Shown here: positions 46,893 to 59,191 of the stretch, piece after piece | Layout of the letters: the number at the start of each line of letters is the position of its first letter | How positions within the stretch are numbered: position 1 is the first letter of the stretch | From: Folioceros fuciformis | Lineage: Eukaryota | Direction of reading: 5' to 3' | DNA length: 64,000 bases | Assembly: GCA_049999805.1 (NCBI GenBank) | Contig: JBNGIO010006379.1 | Coordinates: 775,414 to 839,413 of the forward strand | Notes under the pieces: generated by a model | The model's database searches: none | Told to the model about the DNA's origin: nothing | The model's input: the letters and a program-made list of their open reading frames with translations, nothing else | Translations under genes and position numbers: made by a program

Positions 46893-48909
46893 GGGTGTCT
46901 CTCTATTGTTTCATGGCTTGCATGGCTTGGTGTGTCTCCTTATTTTCATTTTTTTAGTTTTTGGTTAAATCCAACTACAGTGTGTCATCATGAACATATC
47001 TCTCGTATAGCTATTCAGGGAACGGAGTGATAGTGGTGGGTGCAGCTACCACTATGGTGGTGAGGAGAATGATGGATAGGAGTTTTGATGTTGTTGAGCC
47101 ACATATAGTATGTGCAAAATATAACACCCTCACCACTTATAGTATGTGTAGAATGTATCACCAAAGATACTTCTTCTACAGAAAATTGAGCTACTAAATA
47201 GAGTGAGCAATTGTATAGTTAGACATGTGTTTTTGTTCTTCTAGTTGCTTTATGAATTGTAGTTGTAAGCAAATCTCTCCTATGTCAGTGTTCCTTGTGT
47301 GTTGTCTGTAAGAAGTACAAATCACTTGTGACAATGTTCATGACAAGGACTTGGTGAGCATGGACTTCTTTCCCAAGTTCAAGAATATTGAGTCAAGAGG
47401 CCACATGGATGGAGGGTTATTTGTGGATCAATGACATTGAAGAAAGAGTTCAAGTTGAAGAGTATTAAAGGAAGAGGAAGTTTCAATGTGGAAGAATTGT
47501 ATACTTTGTCCATGATTGTCTCCACACCCAAAGATGACAATGGTAAGCCTCATTCCATTTGGAGATTTGCTTGTCACAAGCAACTTATATCCTTCACTCT
47601 TGCACAAGCTTCAGCAAGTTGATTGAAGCTCAAGGTGATATGGTGCTCAAACATTGACTGGTAGCCATTGTTTCAGCAAAGGAGGCATGCATTTAGTACA
47701 CCCCATTACTGAACCCCGCAAAGAGTTCGGGCTCAACAAACAAGCATCAACTTAAGGAACCCACCGAAGAACGATACGGACACGAGGTTGGAATTACCCT
47801 ATGGAATACCTTAGAGGAGAGACGGAGCTGCCTAGACTCTTTCTTCAAAGCAGTGACACACGCCTCTTTGGTACACCCCTCGAACTTCTAGCACAGAAAA
47901 ACCATATCCCCACAATAGACATCCGGTGCCACGAAGGAAAAAATCTCCCGTTCACCTCCTTCCTCACACACCCACTATGGGTCGGGTGGCCTGGTGGCTT
48001 TACCTCGCCTGGGGCTTGGGCTCAGGTTTGGGAGCGTCCACAGAAGACATCTGAGAGTCCGAGAAGAGACTAGTAGATGAACATGCCAGTTGTCGAGTCA
48101 GTTTGATGCAGATGCGGGCGAAGGAACCAAGGCAGAAGGAAACATCCTGGGGCCAGGACCTATTGCAATCGAGCTCGCGCTCGAGGCTTGTGTGTGTGCA
48201 CGATAGTGACTTATGCCGGTTTGGGGAAGACACCCCAGAGTGGATTAAAGAAAGAGGCAGCCTCCATGTGCATTGCGGGATTCCATATTCCTGATGTCCC
48301 AGTGTAATGAGAACTAGACTGGACCCCGTCTACGCGCTTCGCAAAGCTTGCATGTCTCATGTCAATTTGCAATATGAATCCATCCTTTAGTGTGGTTTCT
48401 CTGGTAACGACATACACCGATGAAGAGAATGCAACAACAACATGCATGTTCCACATCCACGAGCAATTTCTCAAAACGACAACTTCTTATGAAAACAAAC
48501 GGCTGGCATCACCAAATTCTCCACCAGATCTTCTTCCTCCACGCTTAGTTGTTCCCCACGAAATATGCCCTAAGAGTATTCCGATCCTTCTGCCACTCCT
48601 AAAGCCTTCTCTTGCTGCTTCGATTGATGAGTCCGCACCGCGACACTTGTCATGTTCAAATGAGAAAGTCACACCTTACAGTGTGATGGGTTAGAAGGTA
48701 ACCACTCGTCCCTTGCAGATTAGGCGAGTACGAGAAGTCCAGGATGCAGTTACCGTGTTTCGGGTCTCTGAAAGCTCGACAGGTTCCTGAGCAGTTGTCC
48801 ATTTTCAGATGTATCCTACGACAACCAGTTTCGGATGTGACAGGTACTCTTCTGCATTCAGCTCCTTCAGCAAGCTGTTCAGCCTTGCGGATATGACCTC
48901 ACTCTAAGG

Positions 48910-51837
48910 ATGTTGTTTATTTCCAACCACAAATCTGTGCACCGGCCCATCCATGTCGGTCCGTGGGATTACAGGCAACGTAGCAAGGGCTCCCATGTGC
49001 CTCATTTCAGGCACAGGGAATCTCTGGAGGTCCTCTGGCTAAACAGCTGCTTGAAGCCAGCGTGGGTGGATACCCACCGGGCTGGTCTGGATATGCAGAT
49101 GGGACGGGGTGCCCATGTGTTTGAGCTCCGAAGGTCTCTAAGGGAGCTAACGGCTGATAAAGCGAGAGAGCTGTGTCAGCAAGGGCAGCTCACTGATGCT
49201 GTTGAAGCTCTGGGAGTTCTGGTGCAGATAGACTCTTGTTTTTGTCAGTCTGTCTGGTATACTGTGCTTAAAACATGTGTGGCTCAGAAGGATCTGGTTC
49301 TTGGTCGCCGGTTGCATGCTCTCCTGGTGAAAGGGGGGTATGAGTCGGACACGTTCTTGTGCAACCACATCCTGCGGATGTATGTTTCTCTTGCCAGCTT
49401 GGTAGAAGCTATGGATGTGTTTTCAGTGGCTGTCAAACCGGATGCCTTCATGTGGTCTTCCATAATCTCTGCACACGTGAAACAGGGCCAAGATAAACAG
49501 GCCATACAGCTGTATCATCAGATGCGCAGATCACGTGTAAAGGCCGATGGCCATGTATTTGTTGCAGCCCTTCAGGCTTGTGCGAGGGGAGAAGATCTGG
49601 AAACTGGGCAGCAGGTGCATGCCGATGTGTTGGCCAGCGGGGTTGAGCCTGATTTGTTTGTCAGTAGTTGCTTGGTGGACATGTATGCAAAATGTGGCAG
49701 CTTGCAGGACGCTCGAAGAGTGTTTGATGGACTTGGGCAAAAGAATGTGGTGACATGGACAGCTCTGATAGCAGGATACTCCCAGCAGGGCATGGGGCAG
49801 GAAGCCCTTCATCTTTACAGTGCTATGCAAAATGAAGGCACCGTTACACCTACATCCGTCACTCTTGTCGCTGTCCTGCAGGCGTGTGCATGTGTGGGCG
49901 CCCAGGCTTTGGAGAAGGGCAGGCAGGTTCATGAACGAATTTGTGAACAAGGACTTCAAGGTGATGTGTTTGTCTCCAGCAGTTTGGTGAACATGTTTGC
50001 CAAGTGTGGCAGCCTAGACGAAGCTCGAGGTGTGTTTGACAAACTTCGTCAAAAAAATGTAGTGACATGGAATGCCATCCTAGCAGGATATTCCCACCGT
50101 GGCATGGGTCTGGAAGCTCTTCATCTCTACAGTGCAATGCAAAAAGATGGCACTGTCGTACCTGACTCTGTGACATTTGTGGCTCTCCTGCAGGCATGTG
50201 CAAGTGTGGGTACCTCAGCTTTGGACAAGGGAAGGCATCTTCATGCACAGATTCGAGAACAAGGACTTCAAGCAGATGTGGCTGTAGGTGGCAGCCTGGT
50301 GAACATGTATGCGAAGTGTGGCAGCTTGGAAGCCGCTCAAACAGTGTTCGACGGACTGGATAAAAAAAATGTGGTGACATGGACGGCTCTAGTAGCAGGA
50401 TATGCAAAGTGTGGCAACCTGGAGGGTGCCCAAAGGGTGTTCGACAGACTGGGGGAAAAAAATGTGGTAACATGGACTGCCCTGATAGCAGGATACGCAA
50501 AGTGTGGCAGCCTGGAGGATGCTCAGGGTGTGTTTGAAGGGCTTCCTCTGAAAGATGTTGTCATGTGGAACGCCATGATTGCAGGGTACTCTCAGCAGGG
50601 CATGGGGCAGGAATCACTTCGTCTTTACAGGGCAATGCAAGAAGAAGGCGTCACTGCGCCTGATGCCGTGACATTCGTGTCCCTCCTGCAAGCATGTGCA
50701 AGTGTGGGCGCCCCTGCTTTGGCTACGGGGAAACAGCTTCACGCACAAATCAGAGAACGGCAGCTTCAAGCTGACGTGCCCGTAGCCAACAGTTTGGTGA
50801 ACATGTATGCAAAGTGTGGGAGTCTAGAGGATGCTCGAGCCGTGTTTGACAGACTTGGCTACAAGAATGTGGTAACATGGAACGCCATGATAGGAGGATA
50901 TTCCCAGCAAGGCGTGGGTCAAGAAGCCCTTCATCTTTACCGTGCCATGCGAGAAGAAAGCACTGCCATGCCTGATGCTGTGACATTCGTCTCGGTCCTG
51001 CAGGCCTGTGCAAATGTTGCAGCTTTGCATGTCGGGAGGCAGCTTCATGTGCAGATTAAAGACCAAGGGCTTGAAGCAGATGGGATTGTAGGCAACAGTT
51101 TGATCAACATGTATGCAAAGTCAGGGAGCATGGTTGATGCCCAGCAGGTGTTTGAGGCATTGCCGCAGAGAGACCACGTGGCTTGGAATGCACTGATGGC
51201 AGGCTATGCCCGTCAGGGAGACAGTGATGTGGTGTTCGACTTGTTTCATAGAATGACAGAGCACGCTATACAGCCATCCAGCATCACATTCCTGAGTGTT
51301 CTAACGGTGTGCAGTCACTCGGGCCTGGTAGACAAGGGGCGGGAGTACTTCGAGACCATGAGCAAGCACTACGACATCACTCCCGCAGTGGAGCACTGTA
51401 CGTGCATGGTGGACCTTTTGGGTCGTTCTGGCCAACTGGACGAGGCACTGGCGTTGGTGAAGGCAATGTCTGCACGGCCCGACGCTGCAGTTTGGCACGC
51501 CTTGTTGGGTGCTTGCCGAATGTGGAACAATGTGGAGGTGGCAAGTCGTGCATTCCATGAAGCAATGCAACTAGACATCAAAGATGCCACAGCATATGTG
51601 CTGATGTCAAACGTGTACAACGGTGCCCACATGTGGGAGCAGGCACTGGAGATGCAGACAAGGAGAAAAGCAATGAGGGCATGGAAGCAGCCAGGCCAGA
51701 GCTGGTGGACAGACATGGACGGATTGGTGCACACCTTTGTGGTTGGGGACACACAGCATCCCGAGAGCGAGCGCATATATGCAAGGCTGCAAGAGCTTGT
51801 TGCCAGAATGGACGGCTTGGCACCCATAAACAACTGA
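48910..51837 (+). CDS. PLS-class PPR protein with E1/E2/E+ extension (WW-type PG box), putative organellar RNA-editing factor
   Basis: Many P-L-S triplets (SLVNMYAKCGSL..A..VFD...KNVVTWNA..AGY), E domain (EHCTCMVDLLGRSG, AYVLMSNVY), ends KQPGQSWWTD...HTFVVGD..HPE..IY with no DYW deaminase. Start may be downstream, near 49093. Confidence 0.93.
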   Translation: MLFISNHKSVHRPIHVGPWDYRQRSKGSHVPHFRHRESLEVLWLNSCLKPAWVDTHRAGLDMQMGRGAHVFELRRSLRELTADKARELCQQGQLTDAVEALGVLVQIDSCFCQSVWYTVLKTCVAQKDLVLGRRLHALLVKGGYESDTFLCNHILRMYVSLASLVEAMDVFSVAVKPDAFMWSSIISAHVKQGQDKQAIQLYHQMRRSRVKADGHVFVAALQACARGEDLETGQQVHADVLASGVEPDLFVSSCLVDMYAKCGSLQDARRVFDGLGQKNVVTWTALIAGYSQQGMGQEALHLYSAMQNEGTVTPTSVTLVAVLQACACVGAQALEKGRQVHERICEQGLQGDVFVSSSLVNMFAKCGSLDEARGVFDKLRQKNVVTWNAILAGYSHRGMGLEALHLYSAMQKDGTVVPDSVTFVALLQACASVGTSALDKGRHLHAQIREQGLQADVAVGGSLVNMYAKCGSLEAAQTVFDGLDKKNVVTWTALVAGYAKCGNLEGAQRVFDRLGEKNVVTWTALIAGYAKCGSLEDAQGVFEGLPLKDVVMWNAMIAGYSQQGMGQESLRLYRAMQEEGVTAPDAVTFVSLLQACASVGAPALATGKQLHAQIRERQLQADVPVANSLVNMYAKCGSLEDARAVFDRLGYKNVVTWNAMIGGYSQQGVGQEALHLYRAMREESTAMPDAVTFVSVLQACANVAALHVGRQLHVQIKDQGLEADGIVGNSLINMYAKSGSMVDAQQVFEALPQRDHVAWNALMAGYARQGDSDVVFDLFHRMTEHAIQPSSITFLSVLTVCSHSGLVDKGREYFETMSKHYDITPAVEHCTCMVDLLGRSGQLDEALALVKAMSARPDAAVWHALLGACRMWNNVEVASRAFHEAMQLDIKDATAYVLMSNVYNGAHMWEQALEMQTRRKAMRAWKQPGQSWWTDMDGLVHTFVVGDTQHPESERIYARLQELVARMDGLAPINN

Positions 51838-52750
51838 AGTGTTTTTCCGGGTACGAGGGATTGGGCTCTGGTGTCTTGGGCGTCGCTCGCTCTTCACGCA
51901 GATATCATGCGTTTGAAGTTTTAAACGACGGAACCCTGGCTTGCCTGCTGCAGTCGATGATGGCAACAGCTAAACGCCGAAACCACATCTGCAGAGACAA
52001 CAGTTCCTGGATATGCGGCACCTTCAGGACAGGGAAGACATGTACATATATTCTGTGCATTTTGTGGCGGGCTTTGTCCGTGGCTGCTACTGTACATCTG
52101 TTGTATCAGTCCTTCGCATCCCGAAGTCCCGGATAGTGTGCATGCCAAGACAGACATAGGTTCCGCGGCAGCCTCTGGCAGAGGCTGCGGGCTCCGGACT
52201 CCTGGCAACCTATGGACTCGTGAGCCTGGCCTGCTGTTCGAGGTGGGCGGGTGTCACATGGGGGAATATTGGAGAAAAATTCTGACATTCTTTGCTTGCC
52301 TTGTGCTCTCCAGGGAGGTCGTTACGAACAACAAGAAGTGCGCGGAGAACAAAAGCTGCTGCTCAGGGCAACAGAGCAGCTCGGTGAGGCCTGACCTGAT
52401 CTGGTTGGGGCAAAGCGGGCGGTGGGAACGTGCCAAGACTGGAGGCAGCGCCAATGGGACTCCGTCAGTACGACACCCGCACTGGTGACTCCGGCTTCGT
52501 CCGGCCACGGGGTCTTGGGGTCCTAGCTGGCGCAGGGTAAGGTCATTGGACCCTAGAGGGAGGTTTTGGGTTCCGACAATGGCAGGTGGGCCACATGATC
52601 TCCGCATCCGCTCTGCAGCTGGCTGTCACTCTGAGCCCCAGTGCTCCAGGCTGCCATGGAATTGGGCCTGGAGCACGAGGAGTGCGGATGTTCGGGTCCT
52701 TATGATCTGAGAAGCTCCAGGCCGAGCGGAATCGCCGTGGCTGGGGGAAG

Positions 52751-54465
52751 ATGGATCACCAGCAGCAGCAGAATCAGGAGAGGAGGCCGTCTCCGGCTGC
52801 TGGATCGGCCACGCCCTTCGTGGCGGGCACGCCCCAGTCTGTGTCGCAGCAGAGCATGCTCTCCTCGCTGTCGAGGCAGAGCAGCAGCAGGCGTGGGAGG
52901 GGGCCGTTCTGGGGGCTGGTAGTGTGCGTGACTGGGCTGACGAAGGAGGCGAGGAAGCAGGTGCAGCAGGCGACGGAGGCCATGGGGGGATCCTACAGCC
53001 CCGATTTGCACCCGCTTTGCACGCACCTGGTGGTGCAGATCTGCGCCGGCCGGAAGTTCGAGCACGCCGTGAAGCACGGCCTCCGGCGGGGCCTCTTCGT
53101 CGTCACCCTGGCCTGGTTCGTGAACTGCGCCCGGCAGCACGCGCGGCTGGATGAGGAGCCTTACCGGGTGGAGCGCAGCCAGATGGACGCTGGAGTGCGG
53201 CCGGAGGATTTCTCCAAGGCCATCCTGGCGATTCCCTCCGACAGATTCTGCCTGCCCCCGGGACTCCGTCGGGGGTCCATCTCCAGGACGCAGCAGAACC
53301 AGCCTCCGCAGCAGCAGCGGGAACTGCAGCAGAAACAGCAGCAGCAGGTCTTCTCCGGGGCCTGCTTCTACCTGGACGCCGACTTGCACGGAGAAGCGCG
53401 GGAAAAGATTGTGGAGGCGGCTGCTGCGGAGGGCGCCGGGATGGTGGAGAACTGGTTCATCGGGTGCAACGCCACGCACGTGGTGTGCGAGGGCACGGCG
53501 CTGTTGCGCTACGTGGGCTTCAACACGCACGTCGTGTCCCCGACCTGGGTGCTGCGGACGGCCAAGGAGAAAGAGCAGGAGCGGTGCGTGCATTTCTCGG
53601 TGGATCTCTCCCGGCAGCTGGCGTGCTTCCTGGAGCACGCGCGGGGGAGCCAGGTGGGGCGGCAGGGGGGGAGGCTTGCCATCTGCGGGCCTCCGGACGA
53701 CAGGAAGGGGCAGGCGGCACTGCGGGAGAGGCAGGAAGAGGTGGCTTTGGCCAAGGCGGATGTGAGGAGGAGGAGGTCGGCCAGGCTGCAGGCGTTCCGG
53801 ACCAATGTGCAGCCCTTCACTCCGGCTGCTCTCCTGGACACGGTGTGTTGGTGCGTGACGGAGGCGCCGGGGACGGCGTCTGTTGCTGTTTGCTCCGATC
53901 AAATCTCTTTGCTTCACCACCGGGTGCGGGGGAAGGAGGGGTCGGGGAGGTTGGATGGGGAGGTGGTCACTCGGGCCATGACCGAGTTGGAGAGGTGGGA
54001 GGTCGTGTACACGCCGGCCTTTCTCACTCTCCTGTTCCCTGTAGATCAGTTCTCTGAAATCGGACCCACGTCCAAGACGTTTGTGAGCGATCGAGGGTTC
54101 ACGAGGCAGCACATTCTGGAATGCATCGGTAAATTCTACCAGGTCGGGAGTGATGTTCCTCAGAGGTGCTGCAAGGCGAGTCCATTTCATATTAGCTTTG
54201 ATGCCTTCGGGAGTGAGTAATGTTGTTGTGAATGGAAATGCAGGATTCCCTCTCTCCGGATGAGGTGCGAGTGGCTCTGCACACGGACTCTAAAATGGCC
54301 GACCGTCTCCGATCGTGTTATGCATCTAAGCAGAGCGTGGATGCAGGGTACGTGTCCATGAGGAGAATCGAGTTCCTAGGGAACAGGAGGAATTTTGAGG
54401 GCCTAAGGCGGCTGAGCAAGGAGCCTACTTCCCAGCTGTATGAAGTACTCCTTTTCGGTGCCTGA
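52751..54465 (+). CDS. BRCT-domain protein (At3g43930-like), intron ~54144-54243
   Basis: GLVVCVTGLTKEARKQVQQATEAMGGSYSPDLHPLCTHLVV; second BRCT ATHVVCE...VVSPTWVL; second exon DSLSPDEV...IEFLGNRRNFEGL. Confidence 0.85.
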
Positions 54466-55402
54466 GGCAAGGTAACACTCCCCTCCCTGCCGCTGTCAGC
54501 TGAAAATGGGGAATCTAAACCAGAGAAGTAACGTTGTTACTTGTGTCATGCAGGTGGGCAGCTGGTATGTTGGAGCTGCACCGCCTCCACAAGTATTAAC
54601 AAGCTCAGATACTATGTTGGCAAGCTTGGAGCGTTTGCCAATGTAAAGCGGACCAACGTCGTCTATGTTTGCTGTCTGGTATAAACACCTTGCTCTTCCA
54701 TCCTACTGAAAGGTTTTCAAGGAAATGATCTCTCTCAATTCTCTGATCTTGCATCCCAATGTTGGTGCCTCAGGCGAAGTGAACAGATACGCGGTTATAT
54801 AGGAGGAGTGTACAGCTGCTACTGCGGAAACAAGCCTGTGTGTTTGGCAACTTCCTATTGGCAGAGATTTTGTATCGCTACCTTGGGTTCTCTTCTTTTT
54901 GGGGATTCAATGGGCTTAAGATGGTGAGGACGATGGGATTTCCGAGAGGATGAGAGCACTCCCGGGGGTCCATCAGCCTCTCCTAGCCCGCGCCCTTGTT
55001 TCCGAAAGTCGACAATTTTGAAAGTGCTGGTAGATGGTTTTGTAATCAGTAGAATATAACGATTTCAGTGCACTAAGGTTTTCCTGATGTGCTTCGACTT
55101 TACATGTTTGTTTTTACGGAACGTGTAGATATGTTGTAAAAGAGAGACGGGAAACATCCTGTGTTTCACGAAACGTGTTCTTTTCACAACTGTGGGATCC
55201 ACTTCAAACCATCTACCATCACGGATGGTGTGATGGCGTACGCGGAACGTGTGATTTGGACGGTTCCACTCGGCGAAGTCCCTTCGATGACGAAAGGAAG
55301 CCCAGTTCGTCATGGATCCACTGGAAGGGTCTACGTCTAGCAGACGCCACGCCCCTGGCTCTGGCTCCGCAAAAAAAAAAGAATGCTGGCCAATATGTAC
55401 TC

Positions 55403-56590
55403 TCAGCTGTCGTAGTAGAGACGCCGGATGTGCTCCACCTCAGCCGGGATCAGAGTTACTGGACATCGCTTATACTGTGACACATATTTGAAGACACAAG
55501 GATAGCAGAAAACAAAGCCGGAAACGGACACCATGGTCGGATTTGTCCTCTTCTGCATGCACAGCGGACAAACCCTGGGGTCTGATGGTAACCCAATGCC
55601 ATCGGCAGCGACCCTGGGGGCCGGAGGCGGGGGAGGAGGAGGGTAGATTGTCGGAGCCGACACCCTCTGCTCTGCGGATTGATACCACCACTCCATCATC
55701 TTGAACAAGAAGACCGACGCGATGAGACCGGTGTGCGCATAGTCGAGAGTGTTATACGCGGCGCGGAGAAACCCTCGCTGCAAAGCCTGGGCAAAGGGAG
55801 GCCCAGGAACTCTCTGGAACTCCTGATCCCTTCTCTCCGCGATCTGCTTAGCGCTGTTAACGAGCTCCTGACCTGTTGTCCTGCGCACTATCAACTTCAT
55901 GAAATGGAGACCCGGATTGAAGTAAGGAATGGCGTTGAGCAGGTAGAGAAGTTGGTAACCGAAGTTGCATCCTTCGCTGATGGCCAGAATCCACGGGTAA
56001 CACCATGCCAGCAGAGAGATCCACCGGCTCTTCAGCCGCTCCCATGCGGAGAGCTCGTGCCCGAACCTCTGCGTCCTGGTGACATCAACCAAGTCCGACA
56101 CCTCTCCGTCCAACATGTCCGCTTCACCGCCCGTCCATAACGCCGCCTGCAAGACCCCAGCCGTGTGCCGCCTGAACGCCGCCTGCAGCTTGGAATTGAG
56201 ATACGGCAGGCCGACAAGAAAGAGCAAGGACTGCACCTTCTGCCGCCTTGTGAGACCAAGCGCAGCCGGAGCCGGTGCCGTGGCCACGGAATCACCACCG
56301 GCAGCCGCAAGGCCAGCCGAGCTCATCTCCACCGGTGATCGCCTCAGCCCGTACAGCGCCTCGGAGAAGGAGGCATCGTTGGTGCTCAGGCTATGCGACT
56401 CCAGCATAAGCATCAGCGCTGCAAACGACTCGTCACTGTGGTCCAGGACTCTGTGGAGTATCGGACTTCTCTGAGCCATGACTCCCAGGCAGTAGAGCAG
56501 CGCGGCCCGCAGACTGCCAGGCAGCAGCTGTGCAGCCACCATCTCGAAGAAGGTCGGGCGGAAGCCATCCCCGCCTACTTGCATCAACAT
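55403..56590 (-). CDS. PEX12: Peroxisome biogenesis protein 12 (RING peroxin), intronless
   Basis: RPTFFEM.AAQLLP.SLRAAL, DASFSEALYGLRR, FKMMEWWY, PPPPPPP and RING CPLC...RTNPT...SGFVFCYPC...RCPVT. Confidence 0.95.
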   Translation of the reverse strand: MLMQVGGDGFRPTFFEMVAAQLLPGSLRAALLYCLGVMAQRSPILHRVLDHSDESFAALMLMLESHSLSTNDASFSEALYGLRRSPVEMSSAGLAAAGGDSVATAPAPAALGLTRRQKVQSLLFLVGLPYLNSKLQAAFRRHTAGVLQAALWTGGEADMLDGEVSDLVDVTRTQRFGHELSAWERLKSRWISLLAWCYPWILAISEGCNFGYQLLYLLNAIPYFNPGLHFMKLIVRRTTGQELVNSAKQIAERRDQEFQRVPGPPFAQALQRGFLRAAYNTLDYAHTGLIASVFLFKMMEWWYQSAEQRVSAPTIYPPPPPPPAPRVAADGIGLPSDPRVCPLCMQKRTNPTMVSVSGFVFCYPCVFKYVSQYKRCPVTLIPAEVEHIRRLYYDS

Positions 56591-57232
56591 CCTCACAAAC
56601 TCAGTGGTTCGACCTCAAATTCACGCCATCCCCGACGATCCACCAACTTAAAATTTCACGGGCTGATCCCTCCACATCTGCGCACCAACGTCCCTCACAC
56701 ATCAAAGCACAAAACGAACATCCCCCAAGTGAAGCCATCTTAGGGCTCACGCATCGACCTACAAGAGGAAGGGAAAAATGGGTCTCCGTGATTCTTGAAC
56801 GTTCTACTCGACTAACTACGCACCTAGTACCATTTATGCAAACCACAATATCGACAGAGAAAGGGTAATCGAAACTTCCCGATCACCAACGTAGGGTTGA
56901 AAATAACCATATATGCATATCCTCTCGGTCACAAGTCCGGATGCAAAACCCGCCAGATAAAAAAGCTGGCTCACCAAAAGGGCCAGGAACGACTCATTTA
57001 GGATGTCTGGGGTTAAGTGTCTTTGGTTGTACAGAGTGTGCATTGAAGAACGACTTCGAGATGGGTTAGCTGGGAGAATTATGCATTCGCTGTGCGCCTC
57101 GCTCCACTCCATCTGGAGTGGGGAGTCCATCTCCATTTTGGACGGGATTCTTGAACCGGGTTACAAGTTTTCGGTCGCGGAAGGTCTAGGGCGTATACAT
57201 CCCACAACAAGTTTGAACGCAAATAAGGCAAG

Positions 57233-59191
57233 CTATTTCTGCTCCAGAACTTTTTGGAGCAATCGCAAAGCATCTCTGATAACAGCCGGAAACTCTGTTT
57301 GAGAGGGAGCTGATCCTGGCTCAGCGTTGGAATGGTCATACACGTCACACTCTGCTAAAATTTTCAACACAGTGCTCGACGATGCTACATTGCGACCTGC
57401 CCCAAACCCCATAGCCGTAGCTGCTCCAACTGCGTTTGCCAGGGCAAGAGTGGTCGCCACAGGAACTCCGCGTGTGTATCCGAGAACGATGGCAGCTGCA
57501 AAGCTGTCACCGCAGCCGACGGTGTCCTTCACCTCCACCTGCATTCAACGACACAAACCAATCAGAGAAGCTATGAAAGGGAGGCAAATTAAGTAAAACA
57601 TGAATGTCTCAAGTACTCATTAGTTACACCAACTAAAGTGTGTATGTGATTCTGTTCCGGATGAAAAGCCCACCTCAAACCCAGGAAACGCGAACATTCC
57701 TTCAGCTGTTGCCAAGAGGCAGCCTCTAGCACCTAGCTTCACCACAACCCATTTGGTGTGCTTAGCCTGCTCAAGCAGAGATCGTGCAGCGGATCCCGGC
57801 TCAGAGATGCCGGTCAACGCCTCTGCCTGTTCGCAGATACGTGGTCAGTACTGGACTAGCAGCTCCCGTTTGAAAACCCCAACAACTGCTAACAGCAACA
57901 CATAAAAGGCGGCCAGGTTGCAGCAATACCTCATCGTCGGTCAGTAGAATCACATCTGACATGCTCAGGAGTGTCTTCAGAGATTGCTGCTGCTCCGCAG
58001 TGCCTTGTTTTAGAGCTTTGCCTCTGGGTCCTGGATCGAAGAAAATGACAGACCCCGCTTGTCGAGCTCGTCTCACAATCTCTAAAACAACTGGAGGCGG
58101 CAGCTCGTCATACACAAATCCGTTGCAAAAAACTGCCCTGGTCCTCTGGACTAAGTCATCAGCTTCAGATGGAAGGCCACTAATCATGTTGAAGACAGGA
58201 GTCTGATTGTAATCGTAACGGCTGCAATAGGGCAAACACGCCGAGGCCTCCATTAGCCACCTCAGCTTACGGAGTGGTGGCGCCAGATGATGATCACGGC
58301 AACGCCCTGATTTCACACGAGTAAACGCACAGGCATATGTACAACGCTACCTGCAGAACGCATGCCTCCTTTCCGGATCGACAAGCACCCAGCAAACAAG
58401 AGTGTTGCCGTCATAATTCTCTCCCAGCGTGCAGCCGTCACTCTCAATGCCCACCACATCCACCCCCTCCTTCTGCAAAACGCGATGTAGGAAATGTCCG
58501 TATTCCTCCTGGCCCACATGCCCTAATGCCACACACTTCAGGCCGAGTCTGGCTGCTGCGATGGCAAAATTACAGTTCCCACCACCCTCCCAGAAAACCT
58601 GCAATGGGACAGCAAACAGCCCCTTGGTCAAACGTTCGCGCTGTGTGGATTGCCTGCAACCAGCAGCGAGCCAGCAAAGAGACGTGTTGCCGGAACACCC
58701 ACCTCGTCAGGAGAACTCAGGCCCTGCACGAACGTGTACTTGTCTTCAGACGACGGCTTTGGCAGCTGCGGCACATTGACCAGAATGTCCACACACAAAT
58801 TGCCCAGCGTCACCACCTCTACAGGCCCCGTCTTGGCGCCCCCGCCAGAGCGATCCCTCCTGCGCTCCAGTTCCCCGAGGAACGTGCCCAGGGTGGACCC
58901 AGCGCCGGGGACGTGGAGCACAGTTTTGGCAGAAGCTGGCGCCGCGGAGGCCTGCCCATCCTCGCCATACTTGAGCGAATCCACCACAAACCCAAAATCA
59001 CAGCCACAACCCCGTCCCCACCCCCGCGACCCTGGCCGTACCAGCGGCCCAATCCTCAACCCCAGCCAGGGTGGACGCTCCGAGATGCCCCCAGCAGCTG
59101 ACTGGGCCGCACAGTCCGGAGCTTCAGGTGCAATCAGCCAAGCCAGCGCCCCCGAGGGATGGCCTGTACGGCATGCAATTCCCTGAAGCAT
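57233..59191 (-). CDS. pfkB-family carbohydrate/nucleoside kinase, plastid nucleoside kinase (At1g06730/PNK1)-like, multi-exon
   Basis: TLGNLCVDI, WEGGGNCNFAIAAARLG, FFDPGPRG, WVVVKLGARG and pfkB signature DTVGCGDSFAAA. Confidence 0.88.

Noticed and set aside
46950-47700. AT-rich stretch with short ORF fragments as a transposase remnant
   Set aside because: No termini or diagnostic motifs could be identified by eye.
52700-54190. 496-aa antisense ORF opposite the BRCT gene, and similar antisense ORFs over CYP, MetE and PPR
   Set aside because: By-product of GC-rich codon usage on the sense strand; no recognisable domain.
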